A DNA stretch of 64,000 nucleotides from contig OX597819.1 of assembly GCA_951406725.2 (NCBI GenBank), positions 61,070,001 to 61,134,000 on the forward strand, written 5' to 3'. The notes under the pieces are model-generated. The model was not told the origin of the DNA. It did not search any database and saw only the letters and a list, made by a program, of their open reading frames with translations. This stretch comes from Octopus vulgaris. Lineage: Eukaryota. The translations under genes and the position numbers were made by a program. Positions 1 to 12,146 of the stretch are shown here, in pieces; position 1 is the first letter of the stretch, and every line of letters starts with the position of its first letter.

Positions 1-865
1 CGTTGCTTTATCCTGGATTAAAGTTAACTAACGAAAAACTCAACTAATTCTGCTTCCAACAGACTGAACTATATCTCACTATTATATCTATTTATAATAA
101 AGCAGACATGGTTATTGAAAGGGAATTATATATACATATTGGCATTATATTCTCGTTCCCATTTATGTAATTTACTATGCAAAATCAATATCCGATATTC
201 AAAATGTCTACTCGCATGCAAAAAAGGTTATCCAGTATATATACGTGTTATCGATATACCATGGTTCTGTTTTGTGCACTCTAGAACTGTATCATATGTT
301 ATCTACAACTGTAACAGCATATATACACATATATGTATACATGAATGCTTATATGAATACATATATGAATAAATGCATACATAATTACATACATGCATAG
401 ATACATAAATACTTATATACATAAATACATACAAACATCATACGTACATAAGAACATACATACATCGTACATGTATACAAAAATGCAAAAATACATACCA
501 CACATCATATATACATACATAAATACGTACATGGCTACATATATACATACATATACGTGGGTGACAAGCCACATACAGGCGTATACAATCTGTTCATGCA
601 CATGCACATACATCCCTCTCCTGATCACCAAGTACACTGTAATATATGATATCTCACATCTGTTATAAATTAATATTAACATGATTTATTCATTGATGTG
701 TTATCCAGACACCGACACTATCGTCCACTGAATCCGGGGATTGTCCAGTGCACACAGGAAGTTGTCCTTAATAATCGGAGATGTTTCAGTAAACCCAGCT
801 GCCATAGATATGGGAGTACCACTAAGGACACATACATGTCTATACGAATATATGCATAAACGTGT

Positions 866-871
<6 letters not shown>

Positions 872-913
<42 letters not shown>

Positions 914-1103
914 TATGTATGTAGATAACGTTATAAACGTATATTATATATATATTTGTATAATATACATAAATATGTGTATATATATATTTGCATACAT
1001 CTTCAAAGACATGTACATACATACATACATAATTACATGCATGAATGCGTACCAACATACATGCATGCACACATACGTGCATACATACATGCATGCAGCA
1101 TTC

Positions 1104-1134
<31 letters not shown>

Positions 1135-1530
1135 TATATATACATACACATATATATATATACATGCATGCACACACACACATATATATATACACATATA
1201 TATACACACACATATATATGTACATACACATATATACACACACACACATATATGTACATACACATATATACACACACACACACATATATATGTATATACA
1301 CATATATATACACACACACATGTACATACACATATATGTGTACATACACATATATACACACACATATATATATATATATACATACACACACACACATACA
1401 TATATACGCACGCACACACACACACACACACATATATATGTGTGTGTGTGTGTGTGTGTCTGTGTGTGTGTCTATGCGCATGTGTGTGTGTGTGTGTGTG
1501 TCTATGCGCATGTGTGTGTGTGAATGTGTG
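872..1530. repeat. Compound (AT)n/(AC)n/(GT)n microsatellite block
   Basis: Pure and interrupted dinucleotide runs; source of the spurious Y/I/H/T/C/V ORFs. Confidence 0.95.
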
Positions 1531-2267
1531 TATACTAGTAATCATCTCGTACTACTGAGTTTATGAAGACGTAATATCATTTATTACACATAAAACTTTT
1601 TGTACTAAAGGAATACCAATTTTAACTTTAAATAATCGTTCGTACGAGCAAGAAATAAAGAAATAAAAATACATGAATAAATAGATAAATAAATAATAAA
1701 ATTATATAAAATAATAAAATCCCCAAGAGTAAAAGAAAATCAAAAGGTTCATATTATTATTATACAGAATATCAGATTCCATGTGGTCGGTATCGTTTAG
1801 TTGAAAAGACTAAAAAAATGTTGGTGAAAGTATTATTTATGGCTAGCGTATGTAAATGTTTTGATTTCATTTTATTCATTTTATTTATTTATTCTAATTG
1901 TCTTCACCCCATTTATCAATCAATGTAAAACTAGTCAATAAGGGAGGAAAAGGAAATATTTATATAAATACCGGTTTCTTTTAATAAAGCGCAAATGTCT
2001 ATATTTCAGAGAAATATTTTCCAAAAAGACATTAAAGATCCGCCAGTGAAACAAAATGACTCCGACCGGAAGTTTAAATTAAATATTTAAAGGAGTGGTG
2101 TACTGATTGACTGATCGACGCATGTGAAACACTCTCACTTCAATTAAAATTTCATTCTTAGAGTTGAAAGAAAACAAAAAAAAGACTGGCGATTATTATC
2201 AGTAAGCATCGGAAAGTGGAGAAAAATCTGACAAAATAAACCTAAATATGGTTATGTGGTTAAGAAG

Positions 2268-2392
2268 GTCGCTTTTCAAACACATGGTTTCGGGTCCAGT
2301 TCCACTGCACGGTACCTTGAGCAAGTGTCTTCCACCATAGTCCTCGGGTCAACAAATGCCTTGAACACGAATTTGATACAAGGAGACTGTGT
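2268..2392 (+). mobile_element. 5' fragment of tRNA-derived SINE family A
   Basis: Diverged match to the family A head (cacatggttccgggttcagtcccactgc...caagtgtcttctactatag) seen at 8574 and 60631. Confidence 0.75.
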
Positions 2393-2408
2393 CAATGCAC
2401 ATATATAA

Positions 2409-2450
<42 letters not shown>

Positions 2451-2544
2451 GTATTTGGGGATGGTCATGTTGCCAGTTTAGCCAATGAAAACTATATATT
2501 TGGTGTTCACTTGCTTCATCTTTATTTTACATTAATTGCACTTC

Positions 2545-2589
2545 GGCCAGAGTTCTCTCGTCACACTTCTGTGACCTCATCAGTGGTCC
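2545..2589 (-). ncRNA. Degenerate minimal hammerhead ribozyme motif
   Basis: Minus strand GGACCA CUGAUGA G GUCAC agaagu GUGAC GAGA GAAC UC UGGCC; GAAA mutated to GAGA. Confidence 0.55.
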
Positions 2590-2656
2590 TTTGCTTTCTT
2601 TCTTTCTTTTTCTCTCTCCTTATTAACGATCTGCCATTTTGAAAGAAGAATGCTAA

Positions 2657-2701
2657 GGACCACTGATGAGGATACAGAAGTGTGACGAAAGAACTTTAGC
2701 C
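2657..2701 (+). ncRNA. Degenerate minimal hammerhead ribozyme motif
   Basis: GGACCA CUGAUGA G GAUAC agaagu GUGAC GAAA GAAC UU UAGCC; core intact, stems I and II partly eroded. Confidence 0.55.
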
Positions 2702-2858
2702 GAAATGCAATTAATATAAAATAAAGCTGAAGCAAGTGAACACCAAATATATAGCGCGTGTGTTTTCATTGGCTAAACTGGCAACATGACCATCCCCAAA
2801 TACAATATCTGTTTCACACACGAATTCACATCAAGAATCTTGCAAAACGAATATATAA

Positions 2859-2905
<47 letters not shown>

Positions 2906-2906
2906 G

Positions 2907-3288
2907 CCGTATATACTCGTCTATAAAACGCCCTTGCGTATTAGACGGACTTCCGACTTACAAGGTTCGGATCGGGAATTTTTTCATTGACCCGACTATA
3001 ATTCGCAGCGACATTTTTGATGTTGGAGAGTAAAGTTCGATTAGGAATCGCACCGATATACTTGTTGTTCGATAACCGAGCTTTTAGTAAGCTGAAGATG
3101 ACTTAAAGCAACTGTTATCGTATTAAGTCCATGCATTTTAGAAACCGTTGTTCATAATGTAAAATTTTATCCTTGTCGGTTATTCCAAGTGTCGGAACTT
3201 CAGATGTGGCTTGTACCTAGAAAATATCTGAACATTTTTATAGGATGTGCTTTTAAGTCTAGTGCGACTTATAGCTGAGTATATATTA
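2907..3288. mobile_element. Non-autonomous pogo/Tc2-like DNA transposon (MITE), diverged
   Basis: Left end ccgtatatactcgtctataaaacgc is inversely matched by gcgacttatagctgagtatatat at the right end; CCGTATATACTCG-type termini in TA-rich context. Confidence 0.55.
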
Positions 3289-3317
3289 TATGTATATATA
3301 TGTATTATATATAAACA

Positions 3318-3481
3318 ATTGCAGAGTGGATGGTGTTTATAAGCCATTTAAGAAACCCACAAAAACCGTTAGATTCACTTCAACATTAAAATTAAATTTG
3401 CCAAAATATTTTCGTCGCTTTGAGACCGCAACCTGTTCACTGACAAAATTCCGTGCTGCATGAAATTTTGTCAGTGAACAG
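3318..3481 (-). mobile_element. PLE-like terminal-repeat fragment (same family as 10205-10545) with short fold-back
   Basis: Near-identical to 10270-10397; ends in inverted repeat ctgttcactgacaaaatt...aattttgtcagtgaacag. Confidence 0.75.
3397..3447 (-). ncRNA. Minimal hammerhead ribozyme motif, G3-C8 core variant
   Basis: Minus strand UUUGUCA GUGAACA G GUUGC ggucucaaa GCGAC GAAA AUAU UU UGGCAAA: 7-bp stem I, 5-bp stem II, palindromic stem III. Confidence 0.65.
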
Positions 3482-3965
3482 ACAGACAGAATAATAGAAC
3501 GACCAAAGATAGACATGGAGTCTGACGTCACACAAACGAACTACTACCGTCATCACTATCACTTTTCTCCCTCTATTCCAGTCTATGTCTCTTTCTCATT
3601 CTCTGTCTCTCTCCATTCTACTATTTCGGAAAGAAAATGGGAGAACGAGAAAGATTTAAAACATTACTATATTTCAAATTTTGTGTCCTTTTCTTTACCT
3701 TATTTAATAGAATGCGTTTGCTTTGTAGTTTTTGAATATGAAGACTACACACACGCTCTCGACTCACATTTGTATACATAAATACATACATTATCTTCGG
3801 TTTACACTGTAGATTTGCTCTGCGAGTCACCGTGCAAATGTGAACCGTCGGAGATACATTTTAATGATATTAATAAAAACGCGCAAAATGTAAATCATTT
3901 ATACAAATAAATACAATTATCGCATAGAGATAGGCAGTGCTATAATATTTTTATCCAAAGTAAGT

Positions 3966-4330
3966 CGGCGAGCTGGCAGAAACGTTAGCACGCCGGGCGA
4001 AATGCGTTGCCGTATTTCGTCTGCCGTTACGTTCTGAGTTCAAATTCCGCCGAGGTCGACATTGCCTTTTATCCTTTCGGGGTCGATTAAATAAGTACCA
4101 GTTACGCACTGGGGTCGATATAATCAACTTAATCCGTTTGTTTGTCCTTGTTTGTCCCTCCCTGTGTTTAGTCCCTTGTGGGTAGTAAAGAAATAGGTAT
4201 CTTGTCGGTCTTTACGTTCTGAGCTCAAATTCCGCCGAATTCGACTTTGCTTTTCATTCTTTCTGGGTCGATAAATTAAGTACCAGTTGCGTACTGGAGT
4301 CGATGTAATCGATTGGCCCCTCCCCCACAA
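3966..4330 (+). mobile_element. tRNA-derived SINE family B, tandem dimer
   Basis: ggcgagctggcagaaacgttagcacgccgggcgaaatgc...gttctgagttcaaattccgccgaggtcgac unit repeated head to tail. Confidence 0.9.
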
Positions 4331-4804
4331 TGCCGATAGCTGTTGTTGACAAACAACGGCAGTAATTTTATTCAGCTGAATACACGTCATTGATTGGTTG
4401 AAATTACTGAAATACGACAACTTTAACACGAAATAACTTTGTAAATATAAACTTTTCTCAAAAACGCTAACAGTAAAATATGTTTTATATGAAACATTCT
4501 ACCAGTATACGAAGTTTGAAAGTGTTTGACGTTTCAAACGTTATTTTCGAAAATATTTTACAAATTATTAAAACGTAATTCTGACTTCACCATCGAAGAA
4601 GTTAGATGATAATAAAGCAAGAAGAAAAGGAAAAATGTAAAACCTAACCGAGAGCAACGAAGTGGTGTTCCTGTCTACGTAAAGAAAAGATAAAGTAAAA
4701 AGAAAACAAACAAAAACCAAACCGAAAAAAATAAACTCAACGAAAGTCGTGTTAAAAGTGAAACTATGCAAAGCGAGGATCGAATGAATGAATGCAGGAA
4801 TGAA

Positions 4805-5012
4805 TGTGTTTGTGTAGTGTGTATGTGTGCATGTATGTATGTATGTGTGTGTGTGTGTGTATGTGGGTTTGTGCGTGCGTGTATGTATGTATGTGTCTGC
4901 ATGTATGCGTGTGTGTATGTATGTTTGTATGTATGTATGTGTGTGTGTATGCACGTATATGTGTATGTATGTATGTATGTATGCATGTATGTGTATGTAT
5001 GTATGCATACAT
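4805..5012. repeat. (GT)n/(GTAT)n microsatellite
   Basis: Direct inspection. Confidence 0.9.
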
Positions 5013-5016
5013 TTAT

Positions 5017-5270
5017 GGCTGTGTGGTAAGAAGCTTGCTTTTCATTACGGGGTTTCAGGTTCACTCCCACTGCCTGGCACTTTGGGCAAGTATCTTCCGC
5101 TATAGCGCCAGACAGTGAGTGGATTTGGTAGAAGGAAGCCCCGATAGAATAAGGACTAGGCTTACAAAGAATAAGCCATGGGGTTGATTTCTTCGACTAA
5201 AACCCTTTCAGGCGGTGCTCCAGCATAGCTGCAGTTAAATGACTGAAACATGTAAAGGAATAAAAGAATA
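5017..5270 (+). mobile_element. SINE family A, internally deleted
   Basis: Head tggctgtgtggtaagaagcttgct joined to tail gcggtgctccagcatagctgcagttaaatgactgaaac. Confidence 0.85.
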
Positions 5271-5286
5271 CAAACATATATGTATA

Positions 5287-5334
<48 letters not shown>

Positions 5335-5901
5335 CGTGCGTGCGAGTGAGTGAGTGACTCTTTACTCCAATACATCGTTAGACAAAAGTTTGTAATACGG
5401 GTATTATATTAGGATATAATCAATGTTTTCGCGAGATTAAGGGATTATCTATTATACAGAAAAATTGTAAAACAGTTTTATAGAAGATTGGATTAAGCAA
5501 CATTTAATAAACCCATCCGTTTGTTGAAATATATATAAAAAAACAACAACCCAATAGTCACTATGACGATTCCAGAGGGAATTTACCAGATATGGTTTCC
5601 TGTTCTTCTGTCCCAGGACATACCAATTTTTCTTTTTTTCTTTGAGACCAACACTGGAAAGCAAGGAAGGGTTTTTTCATCAGTTCTATAGTTCCCTTTC
5701 CTTTATGCAGCAATGAACTGTAAACTCCCTATAGTACCTATTTACAATTAAACGAACTGAGCAATTAAGAATTTAATGTTTTTGCCAGGACCATTTGAAT
5801 GCACAGCATGTGGCAGGGCACGAAACGTGGATCCTTCGGCCGGCAGACCAACAGATTAACTTGGTTAGCCACGATTCTTAGAAGAACTCTGGGAATACAA
5901 T

Positions 5902-5936
<35 letters not shown>

Positions 5937-6369
5937 TTTTTCAAATTACTATGCTTTAAGCAATTGAGCAGATGTTGTGAGTGTCAGTTTGCTGACGTCA
6001 GGAAATAGACCAATGTATACCAGATGTTTTGGTTATGGCCGTTGTTGTTTTTCGTCGTTATTGTCGTTGATATTTTAGCAATGAATATCGAAGCTTACAT
6101 TTCTGTAAGGAATGCTTTAATGCCTCTTTATTTTTCAGGTCTTTTATGGTTTAGTTACTGCTTTTATAATACTAGTGGAACTTTTTCACTATAGTGTTTC
6201 CAACTAGAAGAATTTTAATTAAGGAATTTTATTATAAATACAGCGTATTTTAAAGAAATACAGTTAGCTACAACACTGAAGAAGTAGCTCAGTTTGTCAC
6301 AGAATTGCTTATTTACCGTTGAGTGATATGCAATTGAACTGACTGTACAATATTATATTAGCTGTAGCT

Positions 6370-7290
6370 AAGGTGTGCTGGCAGAACCGTTACCACGCCG
6401 GGCGAAATGCGTAGCCGTATTTAGTCTGCCGTTACGTTCTGAGTTCAAATTTCGACGAGGTCGACTTTGCCTTTCATCCTTTCGGAGTCGATTAAATAAG
6501 TACCAGTTGAGCCCTGGGGACGATGTAATCGACTTAATCCGTTTGTCTGTCCTTGTTTGTCTACTCTGTGTTTAACCCCTTGTGGGTAGTACAGAAATAG
6601 GTATTTCGTCTGCCGTTACGTTCTGAGTTCAAATTCCGCCGAGGTCGACTTTGCCGTTCATCCTTTCGGGGTCGATTAAATAAGTACCAGTTGAGCAGTG
6701 GGGTCGATATAATCGACTTAAACCGTTTGTCTGTCCTTGTTTGTCCCCTCATATGTAGCCCCTTGTAGGCAGTAAAGAAATAAGAAACGTTAGTACGTCG
6801 TGCGAAATGCTTAGCGGTCTTTACATTCTGAATTCAAATTCCGCCGAGGTCGACTTTGCTTTTCATCCTTTCGGGGTCGCTAAATTAAGTACCAAGTGTG
6901 TACTGGGCCGATCTAATCGACTGGCACCCTCCCCAAAAATTTCGGGCTTTGTGCCTTGAGTAGAAAAGAATATTCTTTTTACTCTAGGCACAATGCCTAA
7001 AATTCTGGAGGATCGATCCCAGTACGCAACTGGTACTTAAATTAGTAGAAAAGAATATCATATTAGCTGTAGTTAAGGCGAGCTGGTAGGCTCGTTAGTA
7101 CGCTGGACGAAATGCTTAGCAGTATATCGCCCATCGCTATGTTCTGAGTTCGTATTCCACCGAGGTCGACATTGCCTTTCAGCCTTTCGGGGTCGATAAA
7201 ATAAGTACCAGTTGAACACTGGGGTCGATGTAATCGACTCATTCCCATCTTCCCCCAAGCTGCCGTTGTGACGAAAATTTGAGATAATTA
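6370..7290 (+). mobile_element. SINE family B cluster (tandem trimer, short inverted fragment, further monomer)
   Basis: Three head-to-tail units 6370-6972, inverted piece about 6975-7045, monomer 7076-7290. Confidence 0.9.
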
Positions 7291-7517
7291 TATGAGCTGT
7301 CGCTGTTTCATTAGACGCCGGTGGAATGGTGGCCAAAACCAAATCGGTGGATTTTAAAAGAAAGAACATAAAAAGATGTTAAAGGTTGACAGATATTAAG
7401 CGAAACACTCTACCGTTTCGGTAAATAATCGCCTTTATATGCCACAACGACTGTATGGAACTAAAGTAAGGAAACTGTTTTACGTCGTGATAAAGATCTA
7501 AAGTTAAAATTAATTGC

Positions 7518-7566
<49 letters not shown>

Positions 7567-7959
7567 ATATGTATCTATGTAAATATATATATATATATAT
7601 ATATATACACACGTCTCCTTTGTAAATATATATATACGTATATATCTACGTAAATAAATAAAAATGTATATGTATATAAGTATGAAACAAGGTGGAAATA
7701 CATACATATGTGCGTGTGTGTTGTGTGTGCGTGTACATATGAATAAATGTATGAATATGCGTGTGGGAGTTGTAAATAGTAATCAGTGTGCATGCTGTGC
7801 CTGCGACACATGTTCGGTTTCCGCTGGAGTTTGAGTTGCCAACGTCACACTATTTGAACATGAAATTTTCGATAGCCATCCAACGACTCTTAAATTGTGC
7901 AAGATATTAATATACACTCACTTACACTCACAGATATACATCGCCCACACATATATGTA

Positions 7960-8113
7960 TACGTATATATCTACAGATATGTATGCATATGTAGATACGT
8001 GTATATATACACACACACATACATATGTGCATGTGTGTGTTATATATATGTATATATATATATATATATACATATATGTATATATACATACATATATACA
8101 CGTGTGTGTTATA

Positions 8114-8155
<42 letters not shown>

Positions 8156-8572
8156 TGTATATATACATACATATAATCACATGTATATATACATACATAT
8201 ATACATATGTACTTATATACGCATATATACGTACATATATACATGTACTTATATACGCATATATACGTACATATATACATGTACTTATATACACATATAT
8301 ATATACACATATATACGTACATATATACATGTACTTATATACACATATATACGTACATATATACATATCTATACATATACATAGATATATATATAAATAT
8401 ACATATATATGCATATATGCATATATATACATACATATAATATATGTGCATATATATGTATATATATGTACATATAACATATGTGCATATATATGTATAT
8501 ATATGTGCATATGTATATATATATGTACATATATGTATATATATATGTACATATATGTATATATATGTAAAT
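7960..8572. repeat. Compound AT/AC microsatellite with higher-order about 34-bp unit
   Basis: acatgtacttatatacgcatatatacgtacatat-like unit repeated several times at 8200-8360. Confidence 0.9.
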
Positions 8573-8573
8573 A

Positions 8574-8783
8574 TACTCTTTTTACTTGTTTCAGTCATTT
8601 GACTGCGGCCAAGCTGGAGCATCGCCTTTAGTCGAGGAAATCGACCCCGGGACTTATTCTTTGTAAGCCCAGTACTTATTCTATCGGTCTCTTTGGCCGA
8701 ACCGCCAAGTGACGGGGACGTAAACACACCAGAATCGGTTGTCAAGCAATGCTAGGGGGACAAGCACAGACACACAAACATAT

Positions 8784-8818
<35 letters not shown>

Positions 8819-8989
8819 CATATATACGACGGGCTTCTTTCAGTTTCCGTCTACCAAATCCACTCACAAGGCATTGGTCGGCCCGGGGCTATAGCAGAAG
8901 ACACTTACCCAAGATGCCACGCAGTGAGACTGAACCCGGAACCATGTGGTTGGTTAGCAAGCTACTTACCACACAGCCACTCCTGCGCC
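8574..8989 (-). mobile_element. Full-length tRNA-derived SINE family A with internal microsatellite
   Basis: Minus strand ggcgcaggagtggctgtgtggtaag (box A) ... ccgggttcagtc (box B) ... internal (AT)n(GT)n ... gactgaaacaagtaaaaagagta tail. Confidence 0.92.
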
Positions 8990-9034
8990 TATGATATGTA
9001 TATATATGTACATATATATATATATATATGTTCA

Positions 9035-9963
9035 TAATAACTTAGAATAACTTAGAAAGGTTTTGGCCATATTGGCCCAGGCCATGTCTAACTTAATAGC
9101 ACCACTTGGCGAAGTCTTTCAGTTCAGGATTTGGGCACCAAGGCCCATTCGAGCAGAGAGTTATTGTTTGCGGAGACATATCCGGGTGTGGGTGGTTTGT
9201 CCGGTACTGTTTGAAGGAATTTGTCCAAAGACTTCTTGAATTTTGTGTGGTCAGTTTCTTTTTTGACGTGTCCTGGTGTAATGTTGAAGAGAGCGGGTCC
9301 AGTTGAGGTGAAATAGTTGTGCCGTATTGTCGTTATGTGATGCGATTTAGATTTTTGTTGTGGACGGATGGCACGTGGTCCAAGCCTTGGATGCATTTTG
9401 AAGGTGATGCCAACATCATTCGGACAGTGCTGATGGAATATTTTCCACATCATACAGATAATGTAGCGTTCACGGCGTCGTTGGAGTGAATACAATTTCA
9501 GCTTCTCTAGTCTACCCCAGTAGTCAAGGTCTGACATGCCATCTATCTTTTTTGTGATTGATCTTTGGGGAGCTTCAATTCTCATAATATTTTGTTTTGT
9601 GTAGGGAGACCACAGTGGACAGCAGTATTCAAGGTGGGGTCGGGCAAAAGTGGAGAAGAGAAGGATAATAGCGTGGGAATCTCTCGACTGGAAGGTTCTG
9701 AGAATCTAGGAACACATTCTGCGGGCCATGACAACTTTGCTGCTTATATGTGTAGCCCAGCTTATGTTGTTGTCCACTGTTACTCCCAGGTCTCTGATGT
9801 TGTTGGATGCCATGAGAATTTCTCCAGAAGGAAGAGAGTATGGGTGTTTCAGAGCGTCCTCCCTTCCGAAGTGGATCAGTTCGAATTTGTCTTCATTTAG
9901 CAACATGTTATTCTTTTCCGCCCATTGGACAACAGCCAGTAGGTCTGACTGAAGACAACAGCC
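9035..9963 (-). pseudogene. 5'-truncated CR1/L2-group LINE, reverse-transcriptase ORF2 C-terminus and 3' tail
   Basis: ORFs 9706-9906 and 9124-9585 share a frame split by one stop: [11 protein letters not shown]...RDLGVTVD...RPHLEYCCPLWSP...IEAPQRSITK...RLEKLKLYSLQRRRER, typical CR1-like motifs; short tandem (TTCTAAGTTA) tail. Confidence 0.9.
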
Positions 9964-9964
9964 A

Positions 9965-9992
9965 TATGTTCATATATGTATATATATATATG

Positions 9993-10085
<93 letters not shown>

Positions 10086-10204
10086 GTACATATGTATGTA
10101 TTTATATATATGTACATATGTTTATATATGTATATATATGTATACATATAAATATGTGCATATATATGTATACATATATATAGATATATGTACATATATA
10201 TATG
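9965..10204. repeat. (AT)n microsatellite
   Basis: Direct inspection. Confidence 0.95.
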
Positions 10205-10345
10205 TATTACGGAGATGTACTTGCATAGCAAGTGACTTGATCTGAGATCGTGTGCTGGAACGAAAACAACTGCAGCGTGGAAGGTGTTTATAAGCCATTT
10301 AAGAAACACAAAACCGTTAGATTCACTTCAACATTTAAATTTAAC

Positions 10346-10395
10346 TTGTCAAAATATTTTCGTCGCTTTGAGACCGCAAGCTGTTCACTGACAAA
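10346..10395 (-). ncRNA. Minimal hammerhead motif, G3-C8 variant
   Basis: Minus strand UUUGUCA GUGAACA G CUUGC ggucucaaa GCGAC GAAA AUAU UU UGACAA. Confidence 0.6.
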
Positions 10396-10415
10396 GCACT
10401 GATGCAGCACGAAGC

Positions 10416-10466
10416 TTTGACAGTAAACAGGTCGCGGTCTCAAAGCGACGAAAATATTTTGACAAA
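10416..10466 (+). ncRNA. Minimal hammerhead motif, G3-C8 variant, G5 mutated
   Basis: UUUGACA GUAAACA G GUCGC ggucucaaa GCGAC GAAA AUAU UU UGACAAA; perfect stem II but G5->A probably inactivates it. Confidence 0.5.
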
Positions 10467-10545
10467 TTAAATCTAAATGTTGGAGTGAATCTAACGGTTT
10501 TGTGTTTCTTAAATGGCTTATAATCACCTTCCACGCTGCAATTGC

Positions 10546-10656
<111 letters not shown>

Positions 10657-10735
10657 GTGTGTGTATATGTATATATAATATAACATATGAAAAAACAAGT
10701 CAAAATAGAAAATGCTAAAATAATTTAATAAAGAA

Positions 10736-10783
10736 CATTTCAGTACCGGTTTCGGTCATTTTGAGACCTTTTCAACTGTAACG
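10736..10783 (-). ncRNA. Minimal hammerhead ribozyme, U3-A8 core variant, in the PLE 3' repeat
   Basis: Minus strand CGUUACAG UUGAAAA GGUC ucaaaau GACC GAAA CCGG UA CUGAAAUG; same strand as the PLE ORF. Confidence 0.75.
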
Positions 10784-11131
10784 ATTAAATAATTAAATTT
10801 AGAAAAATTAGAAGAAAAGTTTTTTTTAAAGGAATATTTGTATAGTGTTCAGATATAAGTGGCATTTTGCCTTTCTCTGACTCCCTTGTTTGCACTTGTG
10901 TGTTCGAGGTCGTTGTGAATTCTTGGTAGGGTAGAAGAAGAAGAAGGCTGATGAGGAGAGGGGGTGGAAAAATTTGGGAGTGCCTTGATTGTTGTATTTT
11001 GAATGGTCAGTGACGGCTAGCAGTTGCAGTTCAATTCAGGAGAATATTTCTATTGAGAGGTTTGTTTATGGAATTTGCGTAGGTGTTTTACTAAAAAGCA
11101 TTAGTGATAAAGTTAAGAGGTAGAATGTGGA

Positions 11132-11295
11132 GCAGAAGAAGAAGAAGAAGAAGAAGAAGAAGATGACGATGTTGATGATGATGATGATGAAGAAGAAGGA
11201 GAAGGAGAAGATGATGATGATGATGGTGGTGATGATGATGACGACGATGATGATGATAATGATGATGATGAAGAAGAAGAGGAAGAAGAAGAAAA
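11132..11295. repeat. (GAA)n/(GAT)n trinucleotide tract inside the PLE 3' region
   Basis: Direct inspection. Confidence 0.9.
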
Positions 11296-11454
11296 CAGAG
11301 AAGGGAGAATATGAATGGGTGAAAGTAGTGAGGTGTTGTATGACTTGAAGTTCGCATGTTATGGATTATAGCTGTGATTGGGGCTGATTAGTAATGGATT
11401 CTTTGGAATGTAATATTTGTGTGTGTATTTCTTTTATTCTAAAGTTGAGGTATA

Positions 11455-12146
11455 TTAATCGTTTGTCGTAGACCCGTTAAGAAGTGGCCTGTATTTTGTA
11501 ATAAAGAGAGTTTCTTTACTTATTCGTTGTCTCGAGGTTGTATCGTCCCTAAATTGGTAGAGGGGGAAAATCCTGAAGCTTGGTGTTTTGTTGTTGGCGC
11601 AAGTATCTATGTGTTGGCTAAAAGCTATTTTTCTGTTTTGGGGAATTTTTATCTGGGATCTGTGCAGGGCCATTCTTTTACGCAAACTATTTTTTGTTTG
11701 GCCTATGTACTGCTCTTGACACCCGGAGCAGGTTAATGAGTATATTAGGTTCTCCGAAGCACATGTGAAGTTGCTTTTCACTGTAAACCGTTGTCCCTGT
11801 TTGAAGGAGAACTCTAATCCCTCAATTAGATAGTCGCATATCCCGCAATTGGGTCTTCCACATTTTTTTACTGTCGGCTTCTGTGTTGAAGAGTGAATTC
11901 GGGCTTGTGTTAGGAGACTTTTCATGGATTTAGGCTGTCTCTTGCTTTTTATGATCGTGTGTGTTTGGAGGATTGGGTTCATTCTGTGGTCTTTTTTGGG
12001 GAGGGGTATGTTGTGGAGGATGGTGCCGAAGGCTTCGTTATTGAGAGGGTTGTGTGTGGAGATCTATGGTAAGGCTTTTGGTCGTAAGTTTTTCTTTGAT
12101 TTGGGATGTCTCAGTTCCTTGATGTTAAGTTGAAGGGCACGTTGAA

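Larger units (their letters stand above)
2449..2805. mobile_element. Fold-back PLE-like terminal-repeat remnant with two hammerhead-like motifs
   Basis: About 2449-2600 is the reverse complement of about 2642-2805 (gtatttggggatggtcatgttgccagtttagccaatgaaa / tttcattggctaaactggcaacatgaccatccccaaatac); each arm has CTGATGAG; adjacent to (AT)n. Confidence 0.75.
10205..10545. mobile_element. Fold-back PLE-like terminal-repeat remnant with two G3-C8 hammerhead motifs
   Basis: 10267-10397 is the reverse complement of 10414-10544 with a 16-nt spacer; flanked on both sides by (AT)n. Confidence 0.8.

Noticed and set aside
690-830. GC-richer unique island between microsatellites
   Set aside because: Short open frames on both strands without recognisable motifs or splice sites; probably an unclassified repeat fragment.
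741-1566. Long overlapping ORFs (up to 260 aa)
   Set aside because: Translations of AT/AC/GT microsatellites, open in many frames on both strands.
3092-3140. CUGAAGA followed by a 7-bp hairpin (GACUUAA/UUAAGUC)
   Set aside because: No GAAA after the stem and it lies within a DNA-transposon MITE; not counted as a hammerhead.
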